Both the position numbers and the translations under genes were made by a program. From an uncultured Oscillospiraceae bacterium (GTDB taxonomy: Bacteria; Bacillota; Clostridia; Peptostreptococcales; Anaerovoracaceae), in assembly GCA_964608965.1 (NCBI GenBank), contig CAZSPZ010000013.1, positions 20,697-44,696 of the forward strand: DNA of 24,000 nt. The letters run 5' to 3'. Each line of letters opens with the position of its first letter. The first letter of the stretch is position 1. Shown one piece after another: positions 1 through 9,804 of this stretch. The notes under the pieces are model-generated. The model was not told the DNA's origin. It worked only from the letters and a program-made list of their open reading frames with translations, and searched no databases.

Positions 1-83
1 CACCCCAGATTAATCCCACGAATATATAACTTCTGGCAGAGAATTCTGTCATTTACGACGAAGACGGCAAGGTTGTCGATAAC

Positions 84-2819
84 GTGTACGCTGGCGATGC
101 GCTTCGTACGAACATTGAATTCAACCAGCTTCCGGAAAATCTTGTGGATGCTTTCGTTTCCATAGAAGATAAAACATTTTTTGAGCACAACGGCTTTAAC
201 GTTGTGCGTATTTTCGGCGCTATATGGCACAGTGTCACTTCGGGAGAAAAAATAAGCGGTACAAGCACCATTACCCAGCAATTAGCCAGAAACTTATACC
301 TCGCGGACACAAAGAGCAAACGTTCTATGGTCCGTAAAATAAAGGAAGCATATTATACACTCGTCATAGAAGATGCCCTGACAAAGGAACAAATATTGGA
401 GGCTTATCTGAATACCATTTATCTTGGTTTCAATTCCAACGGCGTTCAAGCTGCGGCCCAAGCATACTTATCCAAGGATGTGGAAGAACTTTCCCTCGTT
501 GAATGTGCGCTTTTGGCTTCCTTGCCACAAAGTCCCAACGCCTATGCTCCGATTAAGCGGCTGGCGACAGAGGATGTCGAAGATTTTGACGTTTTGGATA
601 TTATCGATAAAAATGACTCCTGGACAACCTATTATAACCCGGTTGTCGAAGACCGTATTCTTCTGACATTGTACTTTATGCATGAACAGGGGAAAATTTC
701 GGACGAGGAGTACGAAGAGGCGAAAATAACGCCCATTCGTGATTCGATTGACCCGGGCTCGAGCATTATCATGGCGAACACATCCTCGTTCTTTGCGGAC
801 TATCTGGTCGACCAGGTGATAGCGGATATATCCAACGAATACGGCATGGACGAAGAAGAGGCTTCCGAACTTGTTTATAATGGAGGGTTGCAGATCCACA
901 GCACGCTTTCTTTGGATATTCAAAACATTGTGGAAGAAGAATACGATAAAACAGCCAATTTCCCGGCGATAGGATATGCCACGAAAGATAAGAGCGGCAA
1001 CATTCTGGATAGCGACGGCAAGATTCTTTTATACAGTATGGATACATTTTTTAACGAGAACGATGATTTCGTGCTGTCTTCCAAGGAATACAAATGGAAC
1101 GATGACGGAAGTCTTTTGATTTACAAGGGCAATCGCCTCAATATTTATAAAACGAGTGTGAAAGGCGAGACGGATTACAGCGTAGAGTTTAAAAACCTTT
1201 ACGAAACGGTGGATGGAATCTTTTACAGCAGAGCAGGCGGCGTCTGGAACATTGCCAAGGAATACAAGGATCGGGACAGTGACGGAAACCTTATTATTTC
1301 TTCCCAATTTTTCATAGATAAACCCGATGTCATCACAAAAGGAGAAAATGACACACTCATTTTTGACAGCGAAACATATACGCTGAAGCAAGCTATCGTA
1401 CAACCTCAGTCCGCCATGGTCATTATGGATTACGAAAACGGCCATATCAAAGCGATGACCGGCGGACGGAATATCGACGGAAGAATGCTCTATAACCGCG
1501 CGACAGCGGCCCGTCAACCCGGATCCTCCATTAAACCGCTTTCTGTTTATTCCGTAGCTCTTCAAAGCGGAGTGGACGGCACCGGCGAATGGACTGCCGC
1601 CAGTCCTTTGGATGATGCTCCGATGAAATACGGAGGAGCGGCATGGCCGAAGAACTGGTACGAAGGATATACCGGCATCAATACCTTAAGACATGCTGTG
1701 GAACAATCGATCAACGCTTGCGCCGTTAGCCTTTGGATGCAGCTGGATCCGCAGATGTCCGTAGATTTCCTTAAAAACATGGGCGTTACGAGTTTGGTGG
1801 AATATGGAGAGGTGAACGATATCAATGCTGCGGCCCTTGCGCTTGGCGGTATGACAGCAGGTATTTCTCCGCTGGAAATGACAGGTGCCTACGGCACTTT
1901 CGGAAATGACGGAACATATATTGAACCGATATGCTATACGACTGTTACAAACGGAAGCGGAGATGTTCTTTTGACGAACGAGCCGATTACACACGAGGTC
2001 ATGGATCCTTCCGTTGCGTCGATGATGACGAACATCCTTCTTTCCACGGTAAACAACGGGATTGCCAGCGGCGCGAAAATTGCCGCTCAACCTGTGGCGG
2101 GAAAGACGGGAACCACCTCCGAGCGATACGACGTGTGGTTTTGCGGGTTAACGCCCCAATATTCCGCTGCTTTATGGATCGGAAACGATGTGAATATCCC
2201 GATGAACCAGGGAAGCGGTGCGGCATCTTCTTTGTGGAGCAGAATCATGCAGAGAGTATGCGCCGACCTTCCCAGAGAAGAGTTCCAAATGGAGGGCGAA
2301 TTTGAACAGGCAAGTGTAGACAGACTATCCGGCAAATTACCGACTGCCCTCTCCTACATGGATCCAAGAGGAACGGTTATATCGGAAACATTTATTGCCG
2401 GGACAGTGCCCACGGAAGAAGACGATGCGCACGTTATGGTAAGCGTCTGCGCGGATACAGGATATTTAGCGACGCCTTACTGTATGGACATCGTCAACAA
2501 ACTGGCTGTAGTTAGACCGGGTGGAAGCTCGTGGGAAAAAGTGCTTTCCGATTATAAAATGAATACGATGGGATTAAAATCACTTCCCGATGCCATTTAC
2601 GATGCGCCGGACTTCTATTGTCCGATTCACAATCCGGATACAGCATCTTACCCCGTTTCTCCTTTGGCCAGCCAAAGCACAGGGAATACTTCACTCATAC
2701 CCGAACCGGTCGACGAAGAGGTGACGGATGGCGCAATAGACGGAACTACCGAGCCGGGCGTCCAGGTGCCTGAAGAAGGCGAAAATCCCGATGTCGACCC
2801 AGAGGAGGACACGGAGTAG
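84..2819 (+). CDS. Class A (bifunctional glycosyltransferase/transpeptidase) penicillin-binding protein, PBP1A-type; N-terminal membrane anchor missing from this ORF
   Basis: 911-aa ORF. GT51 motif EDKTFFEHNGF (Glu codon 165-167). Transpeptidase motifs: SxxK = SSIK (1524-1535), SxN = SIN, KTG = KTGTT. Acidic/Pro-rich C-terminal tail. PBP-like sequence continues upstream of the GTG at 84 (LLAENSVIYDEDGKVVDN) to an in-frame TAA at 27-29, so the true 5' end is unresolved. Confidence 0.85.
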   Translation: MYAGDALRTNIEFNQLPENLVDAFVSIEDKTFFEHNGFNVVRIFGAIWHSVTSGEKISGTSTITQQLARNLYLADTKSKRSMVRKIKEAYYTLVIEDALTKEQILEAYLNTIYLGFNSNGVQAAAQAYLSKDVEELSLVECALLASLPQSPNAYAPIKRLATEDVEDFDVLDIIDKNDSWTTYYNPVVEDRILLTLYFMHEQGKISDEEYEEAKITPIRDSIDPGSSIIMANTSSFFADYLVDQVIADISNEYGMDEEEASELVYNGGLQIHSTLSLDIQNIVEEEYDKTANFPAIGYATKDKSGNILDSDGKILLYSMDTFFNENDDFVLSSKEYKWNDDGSLLIYKGNRLNIYKTSVKGETDYSVEFKNLYETVDGIFYSRAGGVWNIAKEYKDRDSDGNLIISSQFFIDKPDVITKGENDTLIFDSETYTLKQAIVQPQSAMVIMDYENGHIKAMTGGRNIDGRMLYNRATAARQPGSSIKPLSVYSVALQSGVDGTGEWTAASPLDDAPMKYGGAAWPKNWYEGYTGINTLRHAVEQSINACAVSLWMQLDPQMSVDFLKNMGVTSLVEYGEVNDINAAALALGGMTAGISPLEMTGAYGTFGNDGTYIEPICYTTVTNGSGDVLLTNEPITHEVMDPSVASMMTNILLSTVNNGIASGAKIAAQPVAGKTGTTSERYDVWFCGLTPQYSAALWIGNDVNIPMNQGSGAASSLWSRIMQRVCADLPREEFQMEGEFEQASVDRLSGKLPTALSYMDPRGTVISETFIAGTVPTEEDDAHVMVSVCADTGYLATPYCMDIVNKLAVVRPGGSSWEKVLSDYKMNTMGLKSLPDAIYDAPDFYCPIHNPDTASYPVSPLASQSTGNTSLIPEPVDEEVTDGAIDGTTEPGVQVPEEGENPDVDPEEDTE

Positions 2820-2824
2820 TATTG

Positions 2825-3775
2825 ATGAAAAGAAGATACAAAGTTTTAATAATCATAGCCCTTATGACGGTTCTGGTACTCTCGAACGTTTACCAGAACC
2901 GTCATATTGCGGTCAAAGAATATTTGATTTATTCAGAAAAAGTACCGACCTCGTTCGAATCTTTTAAAATCGTTCAAGTGACAGATCTCCATTCGATAAC
3001 GGATGGAGAATTCGGAGAAATGTTGTCGGAATTGATTCGTCAGCAAAGCCCGGATATGATTGCTATTACCGGAGATCTGATCGATTCCACCATATACAGC
3101 GATGAAGCCGAGGCTCTGGAAAAAGTGAATTCCGACAGTATCGCTGGGGAAGCCACGGTCGAATTTGTGGCCGGCTTAGTTCAAATTGCCCCGGTATATT
3201 TTGTCTATGGAAACCACGAGATGATTTTATTGGACGATCCTGAGCGCAATAGTTTCAAGGTAGCCCTGGAAGATTTGGGTGTGAATTTTGTGAATAACGA
3301 AGTTTTTACACTGGAAAAAGACTCCGACCAGATCAATATTATCGGGATACAAGATCCGGCAACGCTGTATAAAGATCCCGTATTCGCAGATTCCGGAGAG
3401 ACGAGCAAAGAGCGTACTATCGCTATGTTGGATGTTGTTACGCAAAAGGTGGACAACAGTCTTTTTACGATACTTTTGGCGCATAGACCGGAATTTTTTG
3501 AAATTTATGCGGACTACCCTCTGGACCTTGCCCTGACAGGCCATGCCCACGGAGGACAAATACGGATACCTTTCATCCGAGAGGGTATTTACGCGCCGAA
3601 TCAGGGATTTTTCCCGGAATATACGAATGGTTTATATTCTGAAAATTCATTTTCCATGATTGTCGGCCGTGGGTTGGGGAACAGTGTATTTCCTTGCCGC
3701 GTGTTTAACGGACCGGAATTGGTCGCAATAACATTGACAAATTCTGACAAATATGATAGTCTGCAGGAGGAATAG
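2825..3775 (+). CDS. Membrane-anchored calcineurin-like metallophosphoesterase (YkuE/YaeI-like)
   Basis: N-terminal hydrophobic helix (VLIIIALMTVLVLS). Phosphoesterase motifs DLHS, GDLID, GNHE and GHAHGGQ in canonical order. ATG 2825 preferred over TTG 2822; GGAG at 2812-2815; 5 nt after the PBP stop. Confidence 0.8.
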   Translation: MKRRYKVLIIIALMTVLVLSNVYQNRHIAVKEYLIYSEKVPTSFESFKIVQVTDLHSITDGEFGEMLSELIRQQSPDMIAITGDLIDSTIYSDEAEALEKVNSDSIAGEATVEFVAGLVQIAPVYFVYGNHEMILLDDPERNSFKVALEDLGVNFVNNEVFTLEKDSDQINIIGIQDPATLYKDPVFADSGETSKERTIAMLDVVTQKVDNSLFTILLAHRPEFFEIYADYPLDLALTGHAHGGQIRIPFIREGIYAPNQGFFPEYTNGLYSENSFSMIVGRGLGNSVFPCRVFNGPELVAITLTNSDKYDSLQEE

Positions 3776-3793
3776 GGAGAAGAAAGAGCGATT

Positions 3794-6229
3794 ATGCGGC
3801 GACCACTGGTCTGCCTTTGCTTTGCGGAGGCCTTTGGACTTCTTCTTTCCTACTATACAGATCTAAAAATGTGGCACCTGTGCATCTTTTGCGCGGGTGT
3901 CTTGATTTTAGTATGGTCAAACCATAAAAAAGCCGGGTTTCTCCTCGTGCTATCTTTTTTTATTCTTTTGGGTTTCCTTGGAATGGAAGCAGGACAGTCC
4001 CGGGAAAGTAAAATACTGCTTTTTAAAGGTCAGGTTGTGGAGCTTTCCGGCGTTGTCACTAAAGCAGAGATCAAGGACAGATATATTGCGGTTACTGTAA
4101 AAGTAAGAAAGTGCGGAAGTTTAGACAGTGCTCCGTGTCCCGCAAATGAAAATTCGCTGATACGTCTGAATATTGCCAAAGAAGAAAGCGGTGCTTTTGC
4201 TGTTTACGATTTAGTGGGCCGAAACTTTAAAGCCACAGGCAGAGTTTCCGAGCCGCAGGAGAGGCGAAATCCCGGCTGCTTTGACTACCGGCTTTATTTA
4301 AAGACAAAAGGAATTTATACGATATGCGACGTGTCTGCTTACCGGTTTACAAAAGGAGATGTGGAAAATCATTTCCTGCACTTTCTCTCGGTTCGAAAGG
4401 GGGATTTTTTTCAAAGAGCGCAGCTGACAATGGGAGAAGACAGTTTTGCGCTGCTTGCCGGCCTTCTTTTCGGTGAAAAAAGCTATATGCAGGACGAAGT
4501 GTACCAGGAGTTTCAACGAAACGGAATAGCTCATGTTTTGGCCGTGTCAGGACTTCATGTCGGTTTGTTGTATGCGGTGTTGCTTCGTATTTTTAACGGA
4601 AGAAAAAGTATAGGGGTTTCTCTGGCGACCGTATGTGCGATTTTTACCTACGCTGCGCTTTCCAACTTTGCCGTATCGGTGCTCCGGGCCTCGGGCATGA
4701 TTATTCTGGCAATCGCTTCAAGGCATTTTCGAAGAAGATATGACCTCGTGACGGCCGCTTCCGCTGTGGCCATGGTCTTCATTTCGCTGAATCCTTTTCA
4801 GATTTTCGACTCGGGTTTTCAATTGTCTTTTCTCGCCGCCTATTCGTTGGGTGTCATTTTACCGTATGTGGAACTCAAGGTGCTCCAGGTCAGCGATCAT
4901 TTAAAGAAAGCATGGATATTCCATGTCGGAAAAATGATGGGTCCATGTTTGGTCATGCAGATTTGCATGGCGCCTCTTGTCGCATTTCAATTTCTCTTGT
5001 TCTCACCCATAGGTTTGATCATGAACCCTCCGGCGCTGCTGCTTGCGGGGTTGCTTATGCCGGCAGGACTTTTGATGTTTATGATTTCCGTTGCAGCCGG
5101 TCCCATCTATGCGGTTGCTCCGTCCGGAATTACTGCCATAGATTTAGTTTTTGCTGCGGCATCGGGTGTGGCGGAAGCCTTATGCCGCTGTCTGCAAATG
5201 CTTTCGGAAACCGGCGGAAAAATAGGAGGCGGAGGAGCATGGCCGGCGCCGCCCATCGGTCTTTTGATCCTCTTTTACGGAGTGATTTTTTTTCATTTTT
5301 CGGAAATAAAGTTTATTTCTTCCCGTAGAAAAAAGCATGGGCTGCGGCGGGCAGCCTATTTTGCCGTCGCGGCTTTTGCCTGTCTTTTCCCGGTTGCAGC
5401 GGGGCTTTCTTCTTCTGTCCTGCCTTGGGAATACGATACGCCGCTTCTGACATTCCTGGATGTGGGGCAAGGGGAAAGTCTTCATATTCAAATTGGCGGA
5501 CTGAATATCCTGGTGGATGGCGGGGGAAATTTCTACACCGATATTGCGGAGAAGACACTTCAGCCGTATTTGTTGAAAAACGGCATTACGCATATTGATC
5601 TTGCCGTGATTACCCACGATGATTTAGATCATTCCAAAGGTATCCTGGAGTTGTCCGTCCGCATGGTAATCGACAGGGTGATCGTCGCAGAGCCTTATCA
5701 GGAAAATCCGGAGGCCTATGATGCAATAATATGTTCGAAGCTGGAGTATGTGTCTGCCGGAGACACAATATCTTTAGGTGAAAATGCTTCGCTTAGAATT
5801 CTTTCCCCGGCCTCCGGCACAGCGTTGTCGGCATCTTCCAATTCAAACAGCCTGGTCATGATGCTCTCGTATCTGGGATTGGATATTCTTCTTACCGGAG
5901 ATATGGAAATGATACAGGAAGCGGCATTGGCAGCTGATGCTTCCTGCGATATTCTTAAGGTTGCCCACCATGGCAGCGCCGGATCCACCGGCCCTGATTT
6001 TATAGCGGCGGCAAGTCCGTCCTTTGCCGTTATTTCATGCGGAATAGGGAACAGTCACGGGCATCCGTCCTCCAGGGTCATTGAATTATTGGAAAACTCA
6101 GGTATAATAATCGGTAGGACAGATATTTCCGGAGCGCTTTGTCTGCGCTCGATTACAGAGGAGTTCTTTGTCTTTAAGAACGCTTCCAAGGAAATAGTTT
6201 GGCAAATTCCCCGAAAGGATTTTTTATGA
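3794..6229 (+). CDS. comEC: ComEC/Rec2 DNA-internalisation competence protein (polytopic membrane domain + C-terminal metallo-beta-lactamase domain)
   Basis: 811 aa with many TM segments. Competence-domain signature region (FQRNGIAHVLAVSGLHVG). C-terminal MBL motif HDDLDH and later HHGS. Conserved Firmicute synteny with holA immediately downstream. Confidence 0.85.
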   Translation: MRRPLVCLCFAEAFGLLLSYYTDLKMWHLCIFCAGVLILVWSNHKKAGFLLVLSFFILLGFLGMEAGQSRESKILLFKGQVVELSGVVTKAEIKDRYIAVTVKVRKCGSLDSAPCPANENSLIRLNIAKEESGAFAVYDLVGRNFKATGRVSEPQERRNPGCFDYRLYLKTKGIYTICDVSAYRFTKGDVENHFLHFLSVRKGDFFQRAQLTMGEDSFALLAGLLFGEKSYMQDEVYQEFQRNGIAHVLAVSGLHVGLLYAVLLRIFNGRKSIGVSLATVCAIFTYAALSNFAVSVLRASGMIILAIASRHFRRRYDLVTAASAVAMVFISLNPFQIFDSGFQLSFLAAYSLGVILPYVELKVLQVSDHLKKAWIFHVGKMMGPCLVMQICMAPLVAFQFLLFSPIGLIMNPPALLLAGLLMPAGLLMFMISVAAGPIYAVAPSGITAIDLVFAAASGVAEALCRCLQMLSETGGKIGGGGAWPAPPIGLLILFYGVIFFHFSEIKFISSRRKKHGLRRAAYFAVAAFACLFPVAAGLSSSVLPWEYDTPLLTFLDVGQGESLHIQIGGLNILVDGGGNFYTDIAEKTLQPYLLKNGITHIDLAVITHDDLDHSKGILELSVRMVIDRVIVAEPYQENPEAYDAIICSKLEYVSAGDTISLGENASLRILSPASGTALSASSNSNSLVMMLSYLGLDILLTGDMEMIQEAALAADASCDILKVAHHGSAGSTGPDFIAAASPSFAVISCGIGNSHGHPSSRVIELLENSGIIIGRTDISGALCLRSITEEFFVFKNASKEIVWQIPRKDFL

Positions 6230-7284
6230 AATCGGAAGAACATGCATTCAAGACATTTCAGAGAACGCTAAAATCGGGCGTTCTTCCTTCCGTTATGCTT
6301 CTTTTTGGTCCGGAAGACTATCTTACTTCCTGGGCGGTTAAAGAACTGATTGCGCAACTGGTGAATCCGGCTACGGCTGCGATGGACCACTTGCGTTTTT
6401 CCGAAAACGAGATGAATGCTTCGGATATTATAGCCGCTTGCGAAACGCTTCCTATGCTGTCGGAACGGAAGCTGGTCGTTGTGGAAAATTGCGACGCATT
6501 CTCCGGAAGTCGTTCTTTGCAGCTGTCAACGGAAGATCAGCAGGCGATGACAGATTACATAAAAAAGATTCCTCAAGACACGTTGCTCCTGTTCACTGCA
6601 GATAAAGTAGATAAAAGAAAAGCATTATACAAAGCCATTATAAAGACCGGTATCGCTTACGAATTTACGCCGGTTTCCGAAGAGACTTTAAAAGCATTCC
6701 TTTCCAAACGCATCAGCGCTGCCGGGAAAAAAGCTTCTTCGCCTGATATATCAAGATTCATTCGCTCCACGGGGTATGGGGATAAAGATTCCTGTTATAC
6801 GCTGTACAACATAGAAAACGATTTAAAAAAGGTTTTCGCTCTTTCAGACGGCAACGAGCTGATGGCTGCCGATTTTGAAGCAGCTGTTACAGGCAACGCC
6901 GAAACGGATGCGTTTGCCCTTCTGGATGCCGCTTTCTCTGGAAAAAAGGGCGTTGCATTTACTCTTCTTCGCAATAACATTGCCGGAGAGCTGCCTTCTT
7001 ATGTTGACGGCGTCATATTTCGAATGATAGGGCTTATATGCTCCCAACTTGAAATTATGCTCGTGGCCAAGGAAAGGCGATCCGAAGGGCAGAGCATGCA
7101 AGAGTTGCCCAAAGCGATGGGCGTTAACGCTTTTCGCCTCCAAAAGGCAATGGAAGCGGCCTCGGGAAGAAGTGTGGCGCAGCTTGCCGCATCTTTAGAT
7201 GCAGCCTATCAATTAGAACGAGACATTAAAAGCGGAGCAATGCCCTCTTTGTTGGCATTGGAATTATTTATAGCCATGTTGTAG
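6226..7284 (+). CDS. holA: DNA polymerase III delta subunit
   Basis: About 350 aa. N-terminal pattern VMLLFGPEDYL is typical of HolA. ATG 6226 overlaps the comEC TGA (ATGA, 6226-6229); AAAGGA RBS at 6214-6219. Position after comEC is conserved in Firmicutes. Confidence 0.75.
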   Translation: MKSEEHAFKTFQRTLKSGVLPSVMLLFGPEDYLTSWAVKELIAQLVNPATAAMDHLRFSENEMNASDIIAACETLPMLSERKLVVVENCDAFSGSRSLQLSTEDQQAMTDYIKKIPQDTLLLFTADKVDKRKALYKAIIKTGIAYEFTPVSEETLKAFLSKRISAAGKKASSPDISRFIRSTGYGDKDSCYTLYNIENDLKKVFALSDGNELMAADFEAAVTGNAETDAFALLDAAFSGKKGVAFTLLRNNIAGELPSYVDGVIFRMIGLICSQLEIMLVAKERRSEGQSMQELPKAMGVNAFRLQKAMEAASGRSVAQLAASLDAAYQLERDIKSGAMPSLLALELFIAML

Positions 7285-8180
7285 TGAAACCGGGGTCCAT
7301 GTTGTCAAACCAAAAAAAAGCTGATATTGCATTAATTATGGTAACGATATTCTGGGGCGCATCGTATGTGCTCGCAGATTATGCGTTGACCGTTTTACAT
7401 CCTTTTAAATTATCGGCGATACGATTTACGATTGCGTTTGTAATCACAGCGATTGCGTTCCGCAAACAATTGAAAAACATAAGCAAGACGACTCTGGTAT
7501 ATGCTTTTATCATCGGCGCATTTCTTGCCGGGGTATATGCATTTACAAATTTCGGCATGCTTTATACAAGCCTTACAAATGTGGGGTTTATCGTTGCTTT
7601 GCCTGTGGTGTTCACACCGCTCATCAATTTCTTTTTCCGTAAGATGGTTCCCAGCCGTAAATTGATATTCGTCCTGATTCTTGCCACCATCGGAATGGCG
7701 CTCATGACGCTGGATCAAAAATTTGTTCCTGCTTTCGGTGATATTTTATGCTTGATTGCTGCCATACTTTACGCTGCCGACATCGTTCTGACGGAAGTTG
7801 CGGTGCAAAAGGAAGAGGTGGACGCTCTTCAATTAGGGATTTTTATTCTGGGCTCCGTTGCCTTGCTCATGAATATCGTGAGCTTGTTTTTCGGTGAAAG
7901 TCAGAAAATTGCGACGCCTGAAATGTGGCTCGTCATATTCTTTTTGTCAATCTTCTCTACTGCTTTCGCGTTTATCGTCCAAACGCTGGCGCAGCAATAT
8001 ACCACGTCCACTCACGTAGGGCTTATTTTTACTCTGGAACCTATTTTCGCCGCTGCCGCAGCCTATTTTGTCATGGGAGAGATATTGCTTCCCAGAGCGT
8101 ACATGGGCGCAATTTTGATGCTTGTAGCTGTGTTATGGTCGGAAATGGATATAGGAAAGTGGCTAAAGAAAAAGAGTTGA
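7284..8180 (+). CDS. EamA/DMT-family transporter (10-TM drug/metabolite transporter)
   Basis: 298 aa with two EamA-like hydrophobic halves and about 10 predicted helices. GTG 7284 shares its G with the holA TAG (7282-7284). Alternative ATG at 7299. Confidence 0.75.
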   Translation: MKPGSMLSNQKKADIALIMVTIFWGASYVLADYALTVLHPFKLSAIRFTIAFVITAIAFRKQLKNISKTTLVYAFIIGAFLAGVYAFTNFGMLYTSLTNVGFIVALPVVFTPLINFFFRKMVPSRKLIFVLILATIGMALMTLDQKFVPAFGDILCLIAAILYAADIVLTEVAVQKEEVDALQLGIFILGSVALLMNIVSLFFGESQKIATPEMWLVIFFLSIFSTAFAFIVQTLAQQYTTSTHVGLIFTLEPIFAAAAAYFVMGEILLPRAYMGAILMLVAVLWSEMDIGKWLKKKS

Positions 8181-8196
8181 GAAAGGAAATCACAAG

Positions 8197-9804
8197 ATGA
8201 AGCGTTACCCGAGTATTTTTAATGAAGCTTTGGCTCCGGTTACTCCGGGGCCCTCCAGTTCAAACACCGCAGGACCTTTCCGGATTGCCGGAACCTGTCT
8301 GGAACTCTTTGGCCAGCCGCTCACCCATGCATCGATAGAGATGTCTTCGAAAGGCTCTTTTACCTTTACCTATTTCGGGATGCGAAGCGACCTGGCGTTT
8401 ATAGGGGGACTCCTTGGGCATGCGCCGGATCATCCAAGGTTTTTATATGCTTACGAGGATGCAAAAGCTGCCGGCATTCAAATAGAGTACAGTTATCTGG
8501 ATGAACTTCCCGCTGATCCTTCCGAGTATGTTCGGCTTGTTTTATCTTCTTCGGTCACAGGAAAGAAAATGACCTTTTGCGGTGCATCTGTCGGAGGAGG
8601 CGGGTTTTATCTGGAGTCTGTTGACGGCTGCCCGTTTAATACAAGAGGTTATCACCACGAAATTCTGCTTTTCTCCGATAAGGAGTGCGAGGCGTCGTGC
8701 AAAAAAGCGATGACGGAACTCATTCCCGTATGCGAGGAATTTGAAATATGCCGGGGCGAGGACCGTGTGATGTACGACATAAAGCTTGTTACGGAACCTT
8801 CTTCGGATCTTTTAGATTCTTTAAAAAACATTCCGGGAATCAACAATCTGGCTAAGTGTTCTCCGCGCCATACCGTCAGCATCACCCGAACACGAAAACC
8901 GGTTTTTGAGACACCTTCCGAACTGATCGCCTACGCGGATGGCAAGAATATTCCGCTTTGGCAGGCAGCCGTCGATTACGAAAAATCGCTTTCCGGCTGG
9001 ACGGAAAGCGAAGTCATGGAGTATGCGGATAAACTATGGCGTACCGTCGAAGAATCCATCGAAGGCGGCTATAAAAAGGGAAATGACATGAATGCGGTCG
9101 TTCCCTGCCGGGCGCCGGAAGTCAGAAAATACTACGAAACACAGCCGATTATTCCCGGAGGAATTTTGGATACTGCCGCACCGATTGCTCTTTCCATACA
9201 AGAATACAGCAACAGTTCGGGCATCATCGTCTGCATTCCCACCGGTGGCGCTTCGGGCATCGTTCCCGGGGTAATCATCGGTGCCGCAAAAGAAATGAAG
9301 CTGTCAAGGGATCAGCAAGTAAAGGGCCTTCTCGTTGCTGGTTTGATCGGCGTATTTATGGCAGAGACGGACTATTTCGGCGCGTACGGCTGTCAGGCGG
9401 AAATAGGTTGCGGCGTAGGGATGGCTGCAGGTGGTTTAGTCGGGATCATGGGCGGAAGCGCCAAGACGGCATGCGATGCTGCGGCCATGGGCATACAGAG
9501 TCTTTTAGGCTTAGTGTGCGACTCGGTATGCGGCGCGTCCCAAGTCCCGTGCTTTATCCGCAATATGACAGGGACCGCCACCGCATTGGTCTGCGCCAAT
9601 GCGGCCATGGCCGGCCTGGATGCCTTGATTCCGCTGGATGAAATGGTCGATACGCTCATGCGCGTGGGCACAGCGCTCCGCAGCGCAAGACTCAACACCA
9701 TGGGCGCAAACGCTTCCCCCACAGGGCTGCGTTTAGAAAAAGAAGAAATCGCAAGACAAAAGAAAGAAGCGGATGAGAAGCTTAAAAAAAATGATGGAAA
9801 TTAA
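8197..9804 (+). CDS. Iron-sulfur L-serine ammonia-lyase (serine dehydratase) family protein, fused beta-alpha single chain, divergent beta domain
   Basis: The alpha part matches SdaAA-type motifs: IPTGGASGIVPG, GCQAEIGCGVGMAAGG, LLGLVCDSVCGASQVPCFIRN, SPTGLRLEKE (three cluster Cys present). The beta part has GPSSSNT and GMRSD where canonical enzymes have GPSSSHT and GHGTD. Lys/Glu-rich C-terminal tail. Confidence 0.75.
   Translation: MKRYPSIFNEALAPVTPGPSSSNTAGPFRIAGTCLELFGQPLTHASIEMSSKGSFTFTYFGMRSDLAFIGGLLGHAPDHPRFLYAYEDAKAAGIQIEYSYLDELPADPSEYVRLVLSSSVTGKKMTFCGASVGGGGFYLESVDGCPFNTRGYHHEILLFSDKECEASCKKAMTELIPVCEEFEICRGEDRVMYDIKLVTEPSSDLLDSLKNIPGINNLAKCSPRHTVSITRTRKPVFETPSELIAYADGKNIPLWQAAVDYEKSLSGWTESEVMEYADKLWRTVEESIEGGYKKGNDMNAVVPCRAPEVRKYYETQPIIPGGILDTAAPIALSIQEYSNSSGIIVCIPTGGASGIVPGVIIGAAKEMKLSRDQQVKGLLVAGLIGVFMAETDYFGAYGCQAEIGCGVGMAAGGLVGIMGGSAKTACDAAAMGIQSLLGLVCDSVCGASQVPCFIRNMTGTATALVCANAAMAGLDALIPLDEMVDTLMRVGTALRSARLNTMGANASPTGLRLEKEEIARQKKEADEKLKKNDGN

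Noticed and set aside
468-2694. Multiple minus-strand and off-frame ORFs inside the PBP gene (e.g. 468-923, 1029-1565, 1686-2090, 1931-2305).
   Set aside because: All lie entirely within a well-supported 911-aa CDS with intact catalytic motifs. Their translations are low-complexity, Arg/Cys-rich and show no domain motif, as expected for shadow ORFs.
6199-9790. The longest-ORF starts given in the track for holA (TTG 6199) and rlmN (ATG 9773).
   Set aside because: ATG 6226 has an RBS and an ATGA coupling overlap with comEC. For rlmN, the conserved N terminus begins near MMEIKEF (9791/9794), and the extra MRSLKK would lengthen the overlap without an RBS.
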